Shown: positions 9,141-18,000, numbered from the stretch's first letter. The stretch is DNA of 32,000 nt from Dubosiella newyorkensis (GCF_001945605.1 NZ_MPKA01000139.1:1-32000), one strand, 5' to 3'. Numbers and translations are program-made. Notes: generated by a model from the letters alone, not told the origin.

Positions 9141-9161
9141 AGGTAAACAGGGAGGAATATT

Positions 9162-11573
9162 ATGTCAACTTTCAGTTCGAAAGAAAATTTTGTAAACACC
9201 TTCAAAGTAGCGGTCGCGGAAACCTATGGCCGTGATTTTGAAGATACAAAAAGCGTAGAACGGTATCTTGTTCTAGGTCATTTGATCCGCGATTATGCAG
9301 GAATAAATTGGAAGGAAACAAAGAATGCCATTAAAAAATCACAAACTAAGCAGTTGTATTATTTTTCAATGGAATTTTTAATGGGCCGCCTTCTAACCAA
9401 CAATCTAATGAACTTAGGAATTTATGATGTCGTCAAAGATGGCCTTGATGAGCTGGGCATGAACATCAATGAAATCGAAGAAGTGGAAAGCGACGCTGGT
9501 CTAGGAAATGGTGGATTGGGTCGTTTAGCCGCTTGCTTTATGGATTCGCTCGCTTCCTTGAATCTTGCCGGAAACGGGAACTGTATTCGTTATCGGTACG
9601 GTTTATTCAAGCAGAAGATCGAAAATTTCCAACAAGTCGAATTGCCAGACTGCTGGCTCAAATATGGAAATGTTTGGGAAGTTTGGAAACCACAGCATGA
9701 AGTCAAAGTCAAATTTGGCGGAAAAGTCGACGCCTATATGGATTACAACGGTAAATTCCATATGAAGTACGAGCCAGACTTTGTCGTTCGGGCCGTTCCT
9801 TATGATGAGCCGATCATCGGATATCATACGAAAACTACGAACACGTTACGTTTGTGGGATGCCCAGGTCGATGAAAACTCGGTAAAACCTGGTCAACTCG
9901 GTCAATATTTAAGCGATGTCAGCGCACTGACAGCCAACGTATACCCGGATGATTCTACGTTGGATGGAAAACGCCTTCGTTTGAAGCAAGAATACTTCTT
10001 TGTCTGCGCGGGAATCAATCAGATCATCGAATCGCATTTGCGCGTGTATCCAAGCTTGGATAATCTTGCGGAAAAAGTAGCGATCCAGCTCAATGATACG
10101 CATCCTGTTCTCGTGATCCCTGAATTGATGCGCGTATTGATGGATGACTACAATTATGACTGGGATCCGGCATGGAATATCGTTACACATACAGTCGCCT
10201 ACACAAATCATACAGTTATGGCGGAAGCGCTTGAAAAATGGCCACAAGATATGATGCGCGACTTATTGCCGCGTGTCTATATGATCATCGAGGAAATCGA
10301 GCGCCGCTTCCATTATGAAGTGGATCACCGCAATATGGGGTATTTATTCAATTCTGTCTCAATCTTAAAAGACAACCAAGTCCATATGGCCCATCTTGCG
10401 ATCGTAGGAAGCCACAGTGTCAATGGGGTGGCTAAGATCCATTCAGAAATCTTAGTCAATGATGTCATGTCTTCGTTTGCGGCTCTCTATCCAGACCGCT
10501 TCAACAATAAGACCAACGGGATCACACATCGTCGCTGGCTCTTGTATTCGAATCCGCAGCTTACGGATCTTTTGATCGATACGATCGGCGATGGATTCAT
10601 CAAGCATCCTTCTGAGTTGAGTAAATTAATGGATTATGTAGATGATCCGATCTTACAGAATCGTTTTATGGAAGTGAAACGGGAACGAAAGGCCATCCTT
10701 GCCAAATATGTAAAAGACACGCTGAATATCGATGTCGACGTCGATTCGATCTTCGATTGTCAAGCGAAACGTCTGCATGCCTATAAGAGACAATTGCTCA
10801 ACGTCTTCCATATCATGCATTTGTATTTGAGGATGAAGAAAGATCCAAATTTCCGTATCTATCCACGGACGTTCTTCTTCTCCGCCAAAGCGGCTCCTAG
10901 CTACGCCTTAGCTAAAGAGATCATCAAACTGATCAACATGGTCGCTGAAAAGGTGAACAACGATCCAGAAATCTCTCGATACATCAAAGTCGTATTTATT
11001 CCAAACTATTCTGTTTCGGTCGCTGAGGTGCTGATGAACGCGGCAGATGTGAGCGAACAGATTTCGACGGCCGGTAAAGAGGCGAGCGGAACTGGAAATA
11101 TGAAATATATGATGAATGGCGCTTTGACATTAGGAACACTCGACGGTGCCAATGTCGAGATCGTCGAACAAGTCGGATACGAAAATGCGCAGATCTTTGG
11201 ACTTCATGTCGAAGATATCAATGAATTGAAAAAAGAGAACTCTTATAATGCATGGAATCTTTACAACCAGGATGCGAATATTCGCGAAGTGATCGAAAGC
11301 TTAAAAAATAATACTTGGGCGAACGATCCAAACGCGTTCCAGCTGATCTATAACGATTTGATGCTCAGAAACGATGAATTCTTCGTGCTTGCGGACTTTG
11401 AAGCATATATTTATGCGCAATCGCTCGTACAGAGAATGTACGAAGATCGTTCGAGATGGGCTCGAATGATGCTTATCAATATCGCGAAATCGGGTTATTT
11501 CTCTTCCGATCGAACGATCCAAGAATATGCGGATCAAATTTGGGGACTCACTCCGATCCCTTTTGAAAATTAG
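9162..11573 (+). CDS. glgP: glycogen/alpha-glucan phosphorylase
   Basis: 803 aa. PLP-lysine motif EASGTGNMKYMMNGALTLGTLDGANVEI plus GLGNGGLGRLAACF and QLNDTHP motifs. Confidence 0.95.
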   Translation: MSTFSSKENFVNTFKVAVAETYGRDFEDTKSVERYLVLGHLIRDYAGINWKETKNAIKKSQTKQLYYFSMEFLMGRLLTNNLMNLGIYDVVKDGLDELGMNINEIEEVESDAGLGNGGLGRLAACFMDSLASLNLAGNGNCIRYRYGLFKQKIENFQQVELPDCWLKYGNVWEVWKPQHEVKVKFGGKVDAYMDYNGKFHMKYEPDFVVRAVPYDEPIIGYHTKTTNTLRLWDAQVDENSVKPGQLGQYLSDVSALTANVYPDDSTLDGKRLRLKQEYFFVCAGINQIIESHLRVYPSLDNLAEKVAIQLNDTHPVLVIPELMRVLMDDYNYDWDPAWNIVTHTVAYTNHTVMAEALEKWPQDMMRDLLPRVYMIIEEIERRFHYEVDHRNMGYLFNSVSILKDNQVHMAHLAIVGSHSVNGVAKIHSEILVNDVMSSFAALYPDRFNNKTNGITHRRWLLYSNPQLTDLLIDTIGDGFIKHPSELSKLMDYVDDPILQNRFMEVKRERKAILAKYVKDTLNIDVDVDSIFDCQAKRLHAYKRQLLNVFHIMHLYLRMKKDPNFRIYPRTFFFSAKAAPSYALAKEIIKLINMVAEKVNNDPEISRYIKVVFIPNYSVSVAEVLMNAADVSEQISTAGKEASGTGNMKYMMNGALTLGTLDGANVEIVEQVGYENAQIFGLHVEDINELKKENSYNAWNLYNQDANIREVIESLKNNTWANDPNAFQLIYNDLMLRNDEFFVLADFEAYIYAQSLVQRMYEDRSRWARMMLINIAKSGYFSSDRTIQEYADQIWGLTPIPFEN

Positions 11574-11580
11574 GATTAAA

Positions 11581-11605
11581 AGACGGTGATCGACCGTCTT
11601 TTTTC
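11581..11605 (+). terminator. rho-independent terminator after glgP
   Basis: AGACGGT-gatcg-ACCGTCT followed by T6. Confidence 0.8.
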
Positions 11606-11629
11606 TTGTTTTCGGAGTACAATAGAAAT

Positions 11630-12769
11630 ATGAAACCAAAAAGAATTCTCTTATTAGGTGCAACTGGATCGATCGGTACCCAAACGATCGACGTGATCGA
11701 CCAGCACCCTGAACGCTTTGAGCTCGTTGGGGTCAGCGCTGGGCACCAAGAACAAAAGCTCAAAGAAATCGTAGATTCGCATCCTTCGATTCAATGTGTC
11801 GGACTCGCCAAAAAGCCAGAAATCGATTTTGGAGATGTCCAGCTGTTTTATGGCGAAGGAGCGATGGAAAACTGTATAAAAGAAACGGAGTACGACTTGC
11901 TTGTCAATGCGACCGTTGGATTTCGTGGCTTGAAGCCAACACTTGCTTCGATCGAGAAAGGAAAAGATGTGGCACTTGCCAATAAGGAAAGTTTAGTGGC
12001 AGGCGGAGAGCTCGTAAATGAAGCTCTTGAGAGAAATGGAGTCCGGTTGTATCCGATCGATTCGGAACACAGTGCGATTTTTCAATGTCTTCAAGGAAAC
12101 TCGACCAAAGAAGTGAAGCGTTTGATCATTACGGCAAGTGGAGGAAGTTTCCGCGATAAAAATAGAGAAGAGCTCAAAGAGGTGAGTGTCCAAGAAGCCT
12201 TGGCGCATCCGAATTGGGCTATGGGACAAAGGATCACGATCGATAGCGCCACCATGGTCAATAAAGCTTTCGAGGTGATCGAGGCGCATTATTTGTTCAA
12301 TGTGCCAAAGGAAAAAATTGGAGTTGTTCTCCATAAACAAAGTATCGTCCATTCCATGGTGGAATATGATGATCATGCGATCATGGCGCAGCTTGGAAGT
12401 GCCGATATGCGTTTGCCGATCCAATATGCGCTGACTTATCCTGAGCGTCTGCCTCTTCATGAAAAGCATCCTTTAGATATGCTTTTGAGCCGGACACTGG
12501 ATTTTAAAGCGATGGATGAGGAACGCTATCCAATGATCAAGATCGCTTACGAGGTGATCGAAAAGAAAGGAAACTTAGGTGCGATCTTCAATGGAGCGGA
12601 TGAAGAGGCGGTCCAGCTTTTCTTGAGTGGAAAGATCTCTTTTTTACAAATTGAAGAAAGCATCGTTCAAGCGCTCTTGAATAGCGCGTATATTGAACAT
12701 CCAACGTATGAGCAATTGGCTAAAAGCGATCAAGAGGCCCGCGAATTTGTGAAAATGTATTGGAGCTAG
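11630..12769 (+). CDS. dxr: 1-deoxy-D-xylulose 5-phosphate reductoisomerase
   Basis: MKPKRILLLGATGSIGTQT NADPH-binding N-terminus, plus LANKESLV, PIDSEHSAIFQ and HPNWAMG motifs. The track start (TTG 11606) abuts the terminator T-run, so ATG 11630 is preferred. Confidence 0.93.
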   Translation: MKPKRILLLGATGSIGTQTIDVIDQHPERFELVGVSAGHQEQKLKEIVDSHPSIQCVGLAKKPEIDFGDVQLFYGEGAMENCIKETEYDLLVNATVGFRGLKPTLASIEKGKDVALANKESLVAGGELVNEALERNGVRLYPIDSEHSAIFQCLQGNSTKEVKRLIITASGGSFRDKNREELKEVSVQEALAHPNWAMGQRITIDSATMVNKAFEVIEAHYLFNVPKEKIGVVLHKQSIVHSMVEYDDHAIMAQLGSADMRLPIQYALTYPERLPLHEKHPLDMLLSRTLDFKAMDEERYPMIKIAYEVIEKKGNLGAIFNGADEEAVQLFLSGKISFLQIEESIVQALLNSAYIEHPTYEQLAKSDQEAREFVKMYWS

Positions 12770-12786
12770 CTTTCTTGCTTCAATCT

Positions 12787-12795
12787 TGTTACAAT
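12787..12795 (+). promoter_or_regulatory. extended -10 promoter element (TGtTACAAT)
   Basis: TG at 12787-12788 and TACAAT at 12790-12795. This is the same TGtTACAAT nonamer as at 146-154. Confidence 0.45.
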
Positions 12796-12827
12796 AAAGC
12801 GTACGCAGAAAGGAAGTGATGCTTAGC

Positions 12828-14243
12828 ATGAAGAAACGAGTGTTGATCACATTAACGAGCGCCGTTCTCTCTGCCCCTTTGATTCCATACAACGATGTTG
12901 TTTTGGCTTTGAGCCAAAGTGGACCTGTTCAAAACAGCAATGTGGAACCAATCATGATCGACTCGCCAGAAAAATTTATCGAAACGTATTGTTCAAACAC
13001 GATCGTGCAAGTCGACCCAAACACAAAGCAGACTTTGCTTGATCCGATCACTCAAAAACCGCTTGAGATCAAAGAGCGGATTTACGAAGTGACGATCAAT
13101 AACTATATGATCCTTTTGGAGGGGAATGATTTTCTACAAAAACAGACTCCTGCTTTTCAAGAACAAGTAAAGACGTATTTCAATACGACACTGACTAACG
13201 ATCCAACAAAAAAAGCGAGCTTTGCGAGCTATGATGAAATGATCGGACAAGCGATCCTCATCCAGCAGCAGGAAGAAGCTAAAAAACAAGAGGCGATCCA
13301 GCAAGAAGAAGCCAACAAACAAGAGGATGCCAACAATCAAGGTGTAGTAAAACCAGGTACGACAAACCAAGATGCGGCGAATCAAGATACAACAAATCAA
13401 GACGGGCCAAATCAAATTGTCGGCTCGCCTTCTCTTACGCCAACACCAGACGCCCCTGTTGAAGGAGCACTCACGAATGATGTCGATTCGAATGCGGAAG
13501 CATCGCAAGATGGAAAAGATCAGCCAACGAACGAACCACAAGTTCCTAGCGATCAAGAAAACCAGCCATCAGCCGATCCTGTTCAAAATACAGAAACCGC
13601 AAATGGAGAGATCCATGAAGCTTTGGATCCTCAGCCAGCTGAAGAAAATAATGAAGCTGGAGAAGTTCCAATTTCTGAAGAGAAATCGGAAAATGAAGAG
13701 AAAAGCGTTCCTACGAATAAAAATGGTTCTCCATTGCGCATGAGGGGAGCCGCCGGACCGGGTCTTGTTCCTGCAAGCTTCAATCAGCCCAAGCTAAGCC
13801 CATCTTCTTTGAGTGATCCGACACCTAGTGTGCCAGTTGAGATCGCCAAGGTAGATCCTGTTCCTGCACCAGCATTGGATGTTGAAAAGCCATCGACTGA
13901 ACAAGGAACTGATTTTATTAAAACGTATGTGAGTGACGATTCGGGAAATATGTATAAAAGCGCGACTTCGAACAATTATTTACGTATTCTTTCGGGAATG
14001 AACGCGTGGTCGTCGCTGAGTACGGAACAAAGACGGACGATCAATACAACGTTGAAAAACAATGGGGGAAAAAGCTACCAGACCCTTGTGCAAGAAGCGC
14101 AGCAGCTGCAGCTGATCCCTGGGCAAAGAAGTGTTTCGCGTGTTTCAACAGCGAGTTCGACAAACGCTTCTTTATATGGAGCCCTTAGCGTAGCTTCCTT
14201 GTTGGTGATCGAGGAATTAAGCCGAAAAAAGAAGATCTTCTAA
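12828..14243 (+). CDS. secreted / C-terminally anchored surface protein with internal domain duplication and a Q/N/E/P-rich low-complexity linker
   Basis: Signal-peptide-like N-terminus (MKKRVLITLTSAVLSAPL), a long acidic low-complexity middle, and a C-terminal hydrophobic helix plus basic tail (LYGALSVASLLVIEELSRKKKIF). No LPXTG seen. The start is ambiguous (GTG 12816, ATG 12819 or ATG 12828). Confidence 0.65.
   Translation: MKKRVLITLTSAVLSAPLIPYNDVVLALSQSGPVQNSNVEPIMIDSPEKFIETYCSNTIVQVDPNTKQTLLDPITQKPLEIKERIYEVTINNYMILLEGNDFLQKQTPAFQEQVKTYFNTTLTNDPTKKASFASYDEMIGQAILIQQQEEAKKQEAIQQEEANKQEDANNQGVVKPGTTNQDAANQDTTNQDGPNQIVGSPSLTPTPDAPVEGALTNDVDSNAEASQDGKDQPTNEPQVPSDQENQPSADPVQNTETANGEIHEALDPQPAEENNEAGEVPISEEKSENEEKSVPTNKNGSPLRMRGAAGPGLVPASFNQPKLSPSSLSDPTPSVPVEIAKVDPVPAPALDVEKPSTEQGTDFIKTYVSDDSGNMYKSATSNNYLRILSGMNAWSSLSTEQRRTINTTLKNNGGKSYQTLVQEAQQLQLIPGQRSVSRVSTASSTNASLYGALSVASLLVIEELSRKKKIF
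13359..13418 (+). repeat. 4 x 15-nt imperfect in-frame tandem repeat (xxNQD pentapeptide)
   Basis: ACGACAAACCAAGAT / GCGGCGAATCAAGAT / ACAACAAATCAAGAC / GGGCCAAATCAAATT, encoding TTNQD-AANQD-TTNQD-GPNQI. Confidence 0.7.
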
Positions 14244-14249
14244 TCATAC

Positions 14250-14283
14250 AGACTAAACCGAATCGGGGGTTTAGTCTTTTTTT
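14250..14283 (+). terminator. rho-independent terminator
   Basis: 10-bp stem AGACTAAACC (14250-14259) / GGTTTAGTCT (14268-14277) followed by a T-run. Confidence 0.85.
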
Positions 14284-14295
14284 CAGTAACATTTT

Positions 14296-14304
14296 TGTTA
14301 TAAT
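14296..14304 (+). promoter_or_regulatory. extended -10 promoter element (TGtTATAAT)
   Basis: TG at 14296-14297 and TATAAT at 14299-14304. The track ATG 14303 sits inside the -10, so the CDS start is moved to 14333. Confidence 0.55.
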
Positions 14305-14332
14305 GGAAGCTATAAGAAAGGTTTGTGAAACA

Positions 14333-15847
14333 ATGAATACGTTTAAGCAGTATATAGGGCTCCTTTTAAAACGAGCGCAGCTCTATCGGCAAGGTGGCTA
14401 TAAAAACGCAAAACCTCTCAAAAGAACGATGGATGACTATCAAACGCATTTATTTGCGTTTTTAATTGATGTGAATATTTGTCTTCTTCCCGTATATATT
14501 TGGGTCATAGAATTTTTATTGATCTTATGTGGATTGATTCCTCCGCATTTTTTCGATCTATTATTTTATTTGATGTTCGCCCTTTTGTTTTTGACGTGTG
14601 TCGTAGCGCTAGGGATCGTCACCTCCCGCTTTTCCGGTCAAACGATCGGGTATGCGATCATGGGGCTGCGCCTCGTGGACCGAAACAAAAAAGAGGCTTC
14701 CCCGATGCATTTGATGTTGCGTCAAGCCTTAGGCTTTGGCGTGCCGACGATCTTGCTTGGCTTCTTTTTCAAAGTATACGGAATGGTTGGCTGGTGGCTG
14801 CTCAATGGATTGGTCGTGCTTATAACGCCCAACCAACAAACGATCTTTGATTTGATCTTCAAATTGATCCTTGTCAAGGAGGATGATAAGACGACGATCC
14901 AGATCGTGAAGAAAAAAGAAAAAGTGATTCCAGAAGAGATCGAAACAGAAGAGGATCTCCCTCTTTCTCCGATCGATCTGCATATTCGATCCAACTACAG
15001 CGATGATGGCTATTATGATGTAGAGGAAATCTTCAAACTAGCTAAAGAAGCGAAGCTGGAAACGATCTCGATCACGGATCACAACTGTGCTCGAGTGAAC
15101 GCGGCAGCGACTCGTTTCGCCCACCTCTATGACATTCAATATATTCCAGGTGTCGAGTTCGATTGCCAATACGAAGGAAAAAGATTGAGGATCCTTGGAT
15201 ATTATATTGATTGGAATCAAGAGATCTTCAATGTTCTTGAACAAGAGTCCTTGAAAAGAGAAAAAGAAATGTCGATCGAGCGCGTCAAGAAGTTCGAACA
15301 ATATACCCATATTTCGATCGATCTAGATTCTTTGATGTCAAAATCGCGCTTCCAGACGATCACCGCGGAACAAATTTGTGAAATGGTGTTCAGAAACAAG
15401 AAGACAAGAGCGCTTCCGCTCGTAAAGAAATATTTGGACAAATATTCTTCGGAAAAAGAAGCGATGCTTCGCTTTAAACAAGACTTGTTTGGCAAAGGCG
15501 GACCTTGCTTTGGGCAAGGAATCTATCCAGAGGCCAAAGAGATCATCGAAGCGATCCACGATGCCAACGGGATCGCCATCTTGGCAAGCTGGCATCTAGA
15601 TTACTTTGACGATCATACGATCGAAGATCTGATCCATCTTGGAATCGATGGCATCGAATGCTTCTCGCCAGTGATCCAAGAAACGACGGTGACGGCTTTA
15701 TTGAAACTTGTCATGAAGAATAAATTATTTGTGACAGCGGGCAGCGACTTCCATGGACCTTCTCGTCCGGAAAGAAAATTGGGCGATACGAAATGTCCAG
15801 AAAAAGGAATCGCACTTGTTAAAGTGTTTACAAAAGCCGCTAAGTAA
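14333..15847 (+). CDS. RDD-family membrane domain fused to a TrpH/YciV-like PHP phosphoesterase domain
   Basis: The N-terminal ~180 aa have several TM helices and an RDD-like layout (FLIDV..., GQTIGYAIMGLRLVD, QTIFDLI). The C-terminal ~290 aa carry PHP motifs (IDLHIRSNYSDDG, ISITDHN, GVEFD, GSDFHG). Confidence 0.7.
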   Translation: MNTFKQYIGLLLKRAQLYRQGGYKNAKPLKRTMDDYQTHLFAFLIDVNICLLPVYIWVIEFLLILCGLIPPHFFDLLFYLMFALLFLTCVVALGIVTSRFSGQTIGYAIMGLRLVDRNKKEASPMHLMLRQALGFGVPTILLGFFFKVYGMVGWWLLNGLVVLITPNQQTIFDLIFKLILVKEDDKTTIQIVKKKEKVIPEEIETEEDLPLSPIDLHIRSNYSDDGYYDVEEIFKLAKEAKLETISITDHNCARVNAAATRFAHLYDIQYIPGVEFDCQYEGKRLRILGYYIDWNQEIFNVLEQESLKREKEMSIERVKKFEQYTHISIDLDSLMSKSRFQTITAEQICEMVFRNKKTRALPLVKKYLDKYSSEKEAMLRFKQDLFGKGGPCFGQGIYPEAKEIIEAIHDANGIAILASWHLDYFDDHTIEDLIHLGIDGIECFSPVIQETTVTALLKLVMKNKLFVTAGSDFHGPSRPERKLGDTKCPEKGIALVKVFTKAAK

Positions 15848-15868
15848 ATGTTTAGAAAGGATATTAGA

Positions 15869-17827
15869 ATGAGTACGAAAGAACCGTATTATATAACTAC
15901 CGCAATCGCTTATACGTCCGGAAGACCTCATATTGGCAATACGTATGAAATCATCTTGACAGACGCGATCGCGCGCTTTAAAAGAGCCCAAGGATTTGAT
16001 GTCCGTTTTCAAACGGGAACAGATGAGCATGGTATCAAGATCGAGGAGAAGGCGAAAGAAAAAGGCGTCACGCCTCAAGAGTTTGTCGATGAGATCGCTG
16101 GCCAAATCAAGTCGAATTGGGATCTCATGAATACTAGCTATGATAAATTCATTCGAACAAGCGATCCAGACCATGTAGAAGCGGTGAAGAAGATTTTCAA
16201 GCGCTTCTATGAGCAAGGAGATATTTATAAAGGCGAATATGAAGGCTGGTATTGCACACCATGCGAATCTTTTTGGACGGAGTCGCAATTGGTGGATGGA
16301 AAATGCCCGGATTGTGGGCGTCCAGTGCAGAAAGCCAAAGAAGAAGCGTATTTCTTCAATATGAAAAAGTACGCGCAACGCTTGATCGATTATATTGAAG
16401 AGCATCCTGATTTTATTCAACCTGAGTCGAGAAAAAACGAGATGCTCAATAACTTCCTGCGACCAGGTCTACAAGATCTTTGCGTGTCGCGGACATCGTT
16501 TACATGGGGAGTACCAGTCGATTTTGATCCAGGCCATATCGTGTATGTTTGGCTCGACGCCCTCAGCAACTATATTACTGGGCTTGGCTATGATGCCACG
16601 AAAAAAGAACAGCCAGAGCTTTTTGAAAAATATTGGCCAGGCGTGCATATTATCGGGAAAGATATTTTGCGTTTCCATACGATTTATTGGCCAATTTTCT
16701 TGATGGCGCTCGATCTGCCGCTTCCAAAAAAGGTATTTGGTCATCCGTGGCTACTTTTTGGGGAAGGCAAGATGTCAAAGTCCAAAGGGAATGTAATGTA
16801 TGCTGAAGAGCTCGTTAATTATTTTGGCGTTGATGCGGTACGTTACTATTGCTTGCATGAAATGCCTTTCGCCCAAGATGGCACTATCACATGGGAACTT
16901 CTTGTTGAGCGCATCAATTCGGATCTAGCCAATATTTTAGGAAATCTCGTGTCGAGAACGATCGCGATGGTCAATAAATATTTTGATGGCGAAATCTCGA
17001 ATCCAATGATCTATGATCCTGTCGATGAAGGCTTGATTTCTAGAGCGTTGGCGACTCGAGAAAAGGTCGAAGAAAAAATGGACGAGCTTGAAGTTGGCGC
17101 TGCCTTAGACGAGATCTTCAAGCTTCTTCGTCGAAGCAATAAATATATCGACGAGACAGAACCTTGGGTCTTGGCGAAAGATGAATCGAAAAAAGAACGT
17201 CTGGCGACAGTGCTCTACAATTTGTTGGAATCGATCCGAATCAGCGCGGTCCTTTTAGAAAGCTTTTTGCCAGAAACGAGTCAAAAGATCTTGGATATGC
17301 TCCAAACCAATGAGCGCAGTTTAGAATCGACTAATTCGTTTGGTCATTTAGAAACGGGAAATCGTGTCGTGAAAAAACCGGCGCCGCTGTTTGCTCGAAT
17401 CGATGAAAAAGAATTCTTCAAGCGACTTGAAAAAGACTTGAAGAAAGATCAGGAAACAAAAAAAGCGCCAAAGGCGGAACCGAAAAAAGAAGAAGCGGAA
17501 AAGCCAGAAATTACGATCGAAGATTTCGCGAAAGTCGAAATGAAGATCGGCACGATCAAAGAGTGTAAACCGCATCCGAAAGCGGATCGTCTTCTTGTCG
17601 AACAAGTCGATCTTGGAGGGGAAGTGCGGCAGATCGTCAGCGGGATCTCTCAATTCTACAAGCCTGAAGAGCTTGTTGGAAAACAAGTTGTAGTCGTGAC
17701 GAATTTGAAACCTGTCAAATTAAGAGGGGTCGAATCGCAAGGAATGATCTTGTGCGCGGCTAACGAGGAAGATCTTGCGATCATTTCTCCATCGAAAGAA
17801 ATGATCAATGGCACGATCGTTCGTTAA
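15869..17827 (+). CDS. metG: methionine--tRNA ligase with C-terminal tRNA-binding (EMAP/Trbp111-like) domain
   Basis: HIGN motif (RPHIGNTYE), KMSKS motif (GKMSKSKGN), zinc knuckle CTPCESFW...CPDCGRP, and C-terminal FAKVEMKIGTI...VVVVTNLKP...G.ESQGMIL. ATG 15869 has RBS AAAGGA. Confidence 0.95.
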   Translation: MSTKEPYYITTAIAYTSGRPHIGNTYEIILTDAIARFKRAQGFDVRFQTGTDEHGIKIEEKAKEKGVTPQEFVDEIAGQIKSNWDLMNTSYDKFIRTSDPDHVEAVKKIFKRFYEQGDIYKGEYEGWYCTPCESFWTESQLVDGKCPDCGRPVQKAKEEAYFFNMKKYAQRLIDYIEEHPDFIQPESRKNEMLNNFLRPGLQDLCVSRTSFTWGVPVDFDPGHIVYVWLDALSNYITGLGYDATKKEQPELFEKYWPGVHIIGKDILRFHTIYWPIFLMALDLPLPKKVFGHPWLLFGEGKMSKSKGNVMYAEELVNYFGVDAVRYYCLHEMPFAQDGTITWELLVERINSDLANILGNLVSRTIAMVNKYFDGEISNPMIYDPVDEGLISRALATREKVEEKMDELEVGAALDEIFKLLRRSNKYIDETEPWVLAKDESKKERLATVLYNLLESIRISAVLLESFLPETSQKILDMLQTNERSLESTNSFGHLETGNRVVKKPAPLFARIDEKEFFKRLEKDLKKDQETKKAPKAEPKKEEAEKPEITIEDFAKVEMKIGTIKECKPHPKADRLLVEQVDLGGEVRQIVSGISQFYKPEELVGKQVVVVTNLKPVKLRGVESQGMILCAANEEDLAIISPSKEMINGTIVR

Positions 17828-18000
17828 TGAATGACGAACAAAAAGTGTTGTTCAAGCAGCTCCAATTGGCTGGCTTGGGCATCGTGATCGGGGCTTTTGG
17901 ATTGTTTGCCAAACATAGAGCGATCTTTTGGATCGGGATCGGCGTCCTTGTGTGGGGAATCGCCCGTTATCTATTGATCCGGCATTTTCTTTCAAGGTGA
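17827..18000 (+). CDS. small hypothetical membrane protein (57 aa, two predicted TM helices); below the 60-aa cut-off of the supplied ORF track
   Basis: My own translation: MNDEQKVLFKQLQLAGLGIVIGAFGLFAKHRAIFWIGIGVLVWGIARYLLIRHFLSR. The start ATG shares its A with the metG TAA stop (TAATG). Confidence 0.4.
   Translation: MNDEQKVLFKQLQLAGLGIVIGAFGLFAKHRAIFWIGIGVLVWGIARYLLIRHFLSR

Noticed and set aside
13250-13430. Short periodic repeats, checked as a possible CRISPR or minisatellite.
   Set aside because: The units are 15 nt, imperfect and in frame, and they lie inside a continuous ORF (xxNQD pentapeptide repeats). There is no repeat-spacer architecture and there are no cas genes anywhere in the window.
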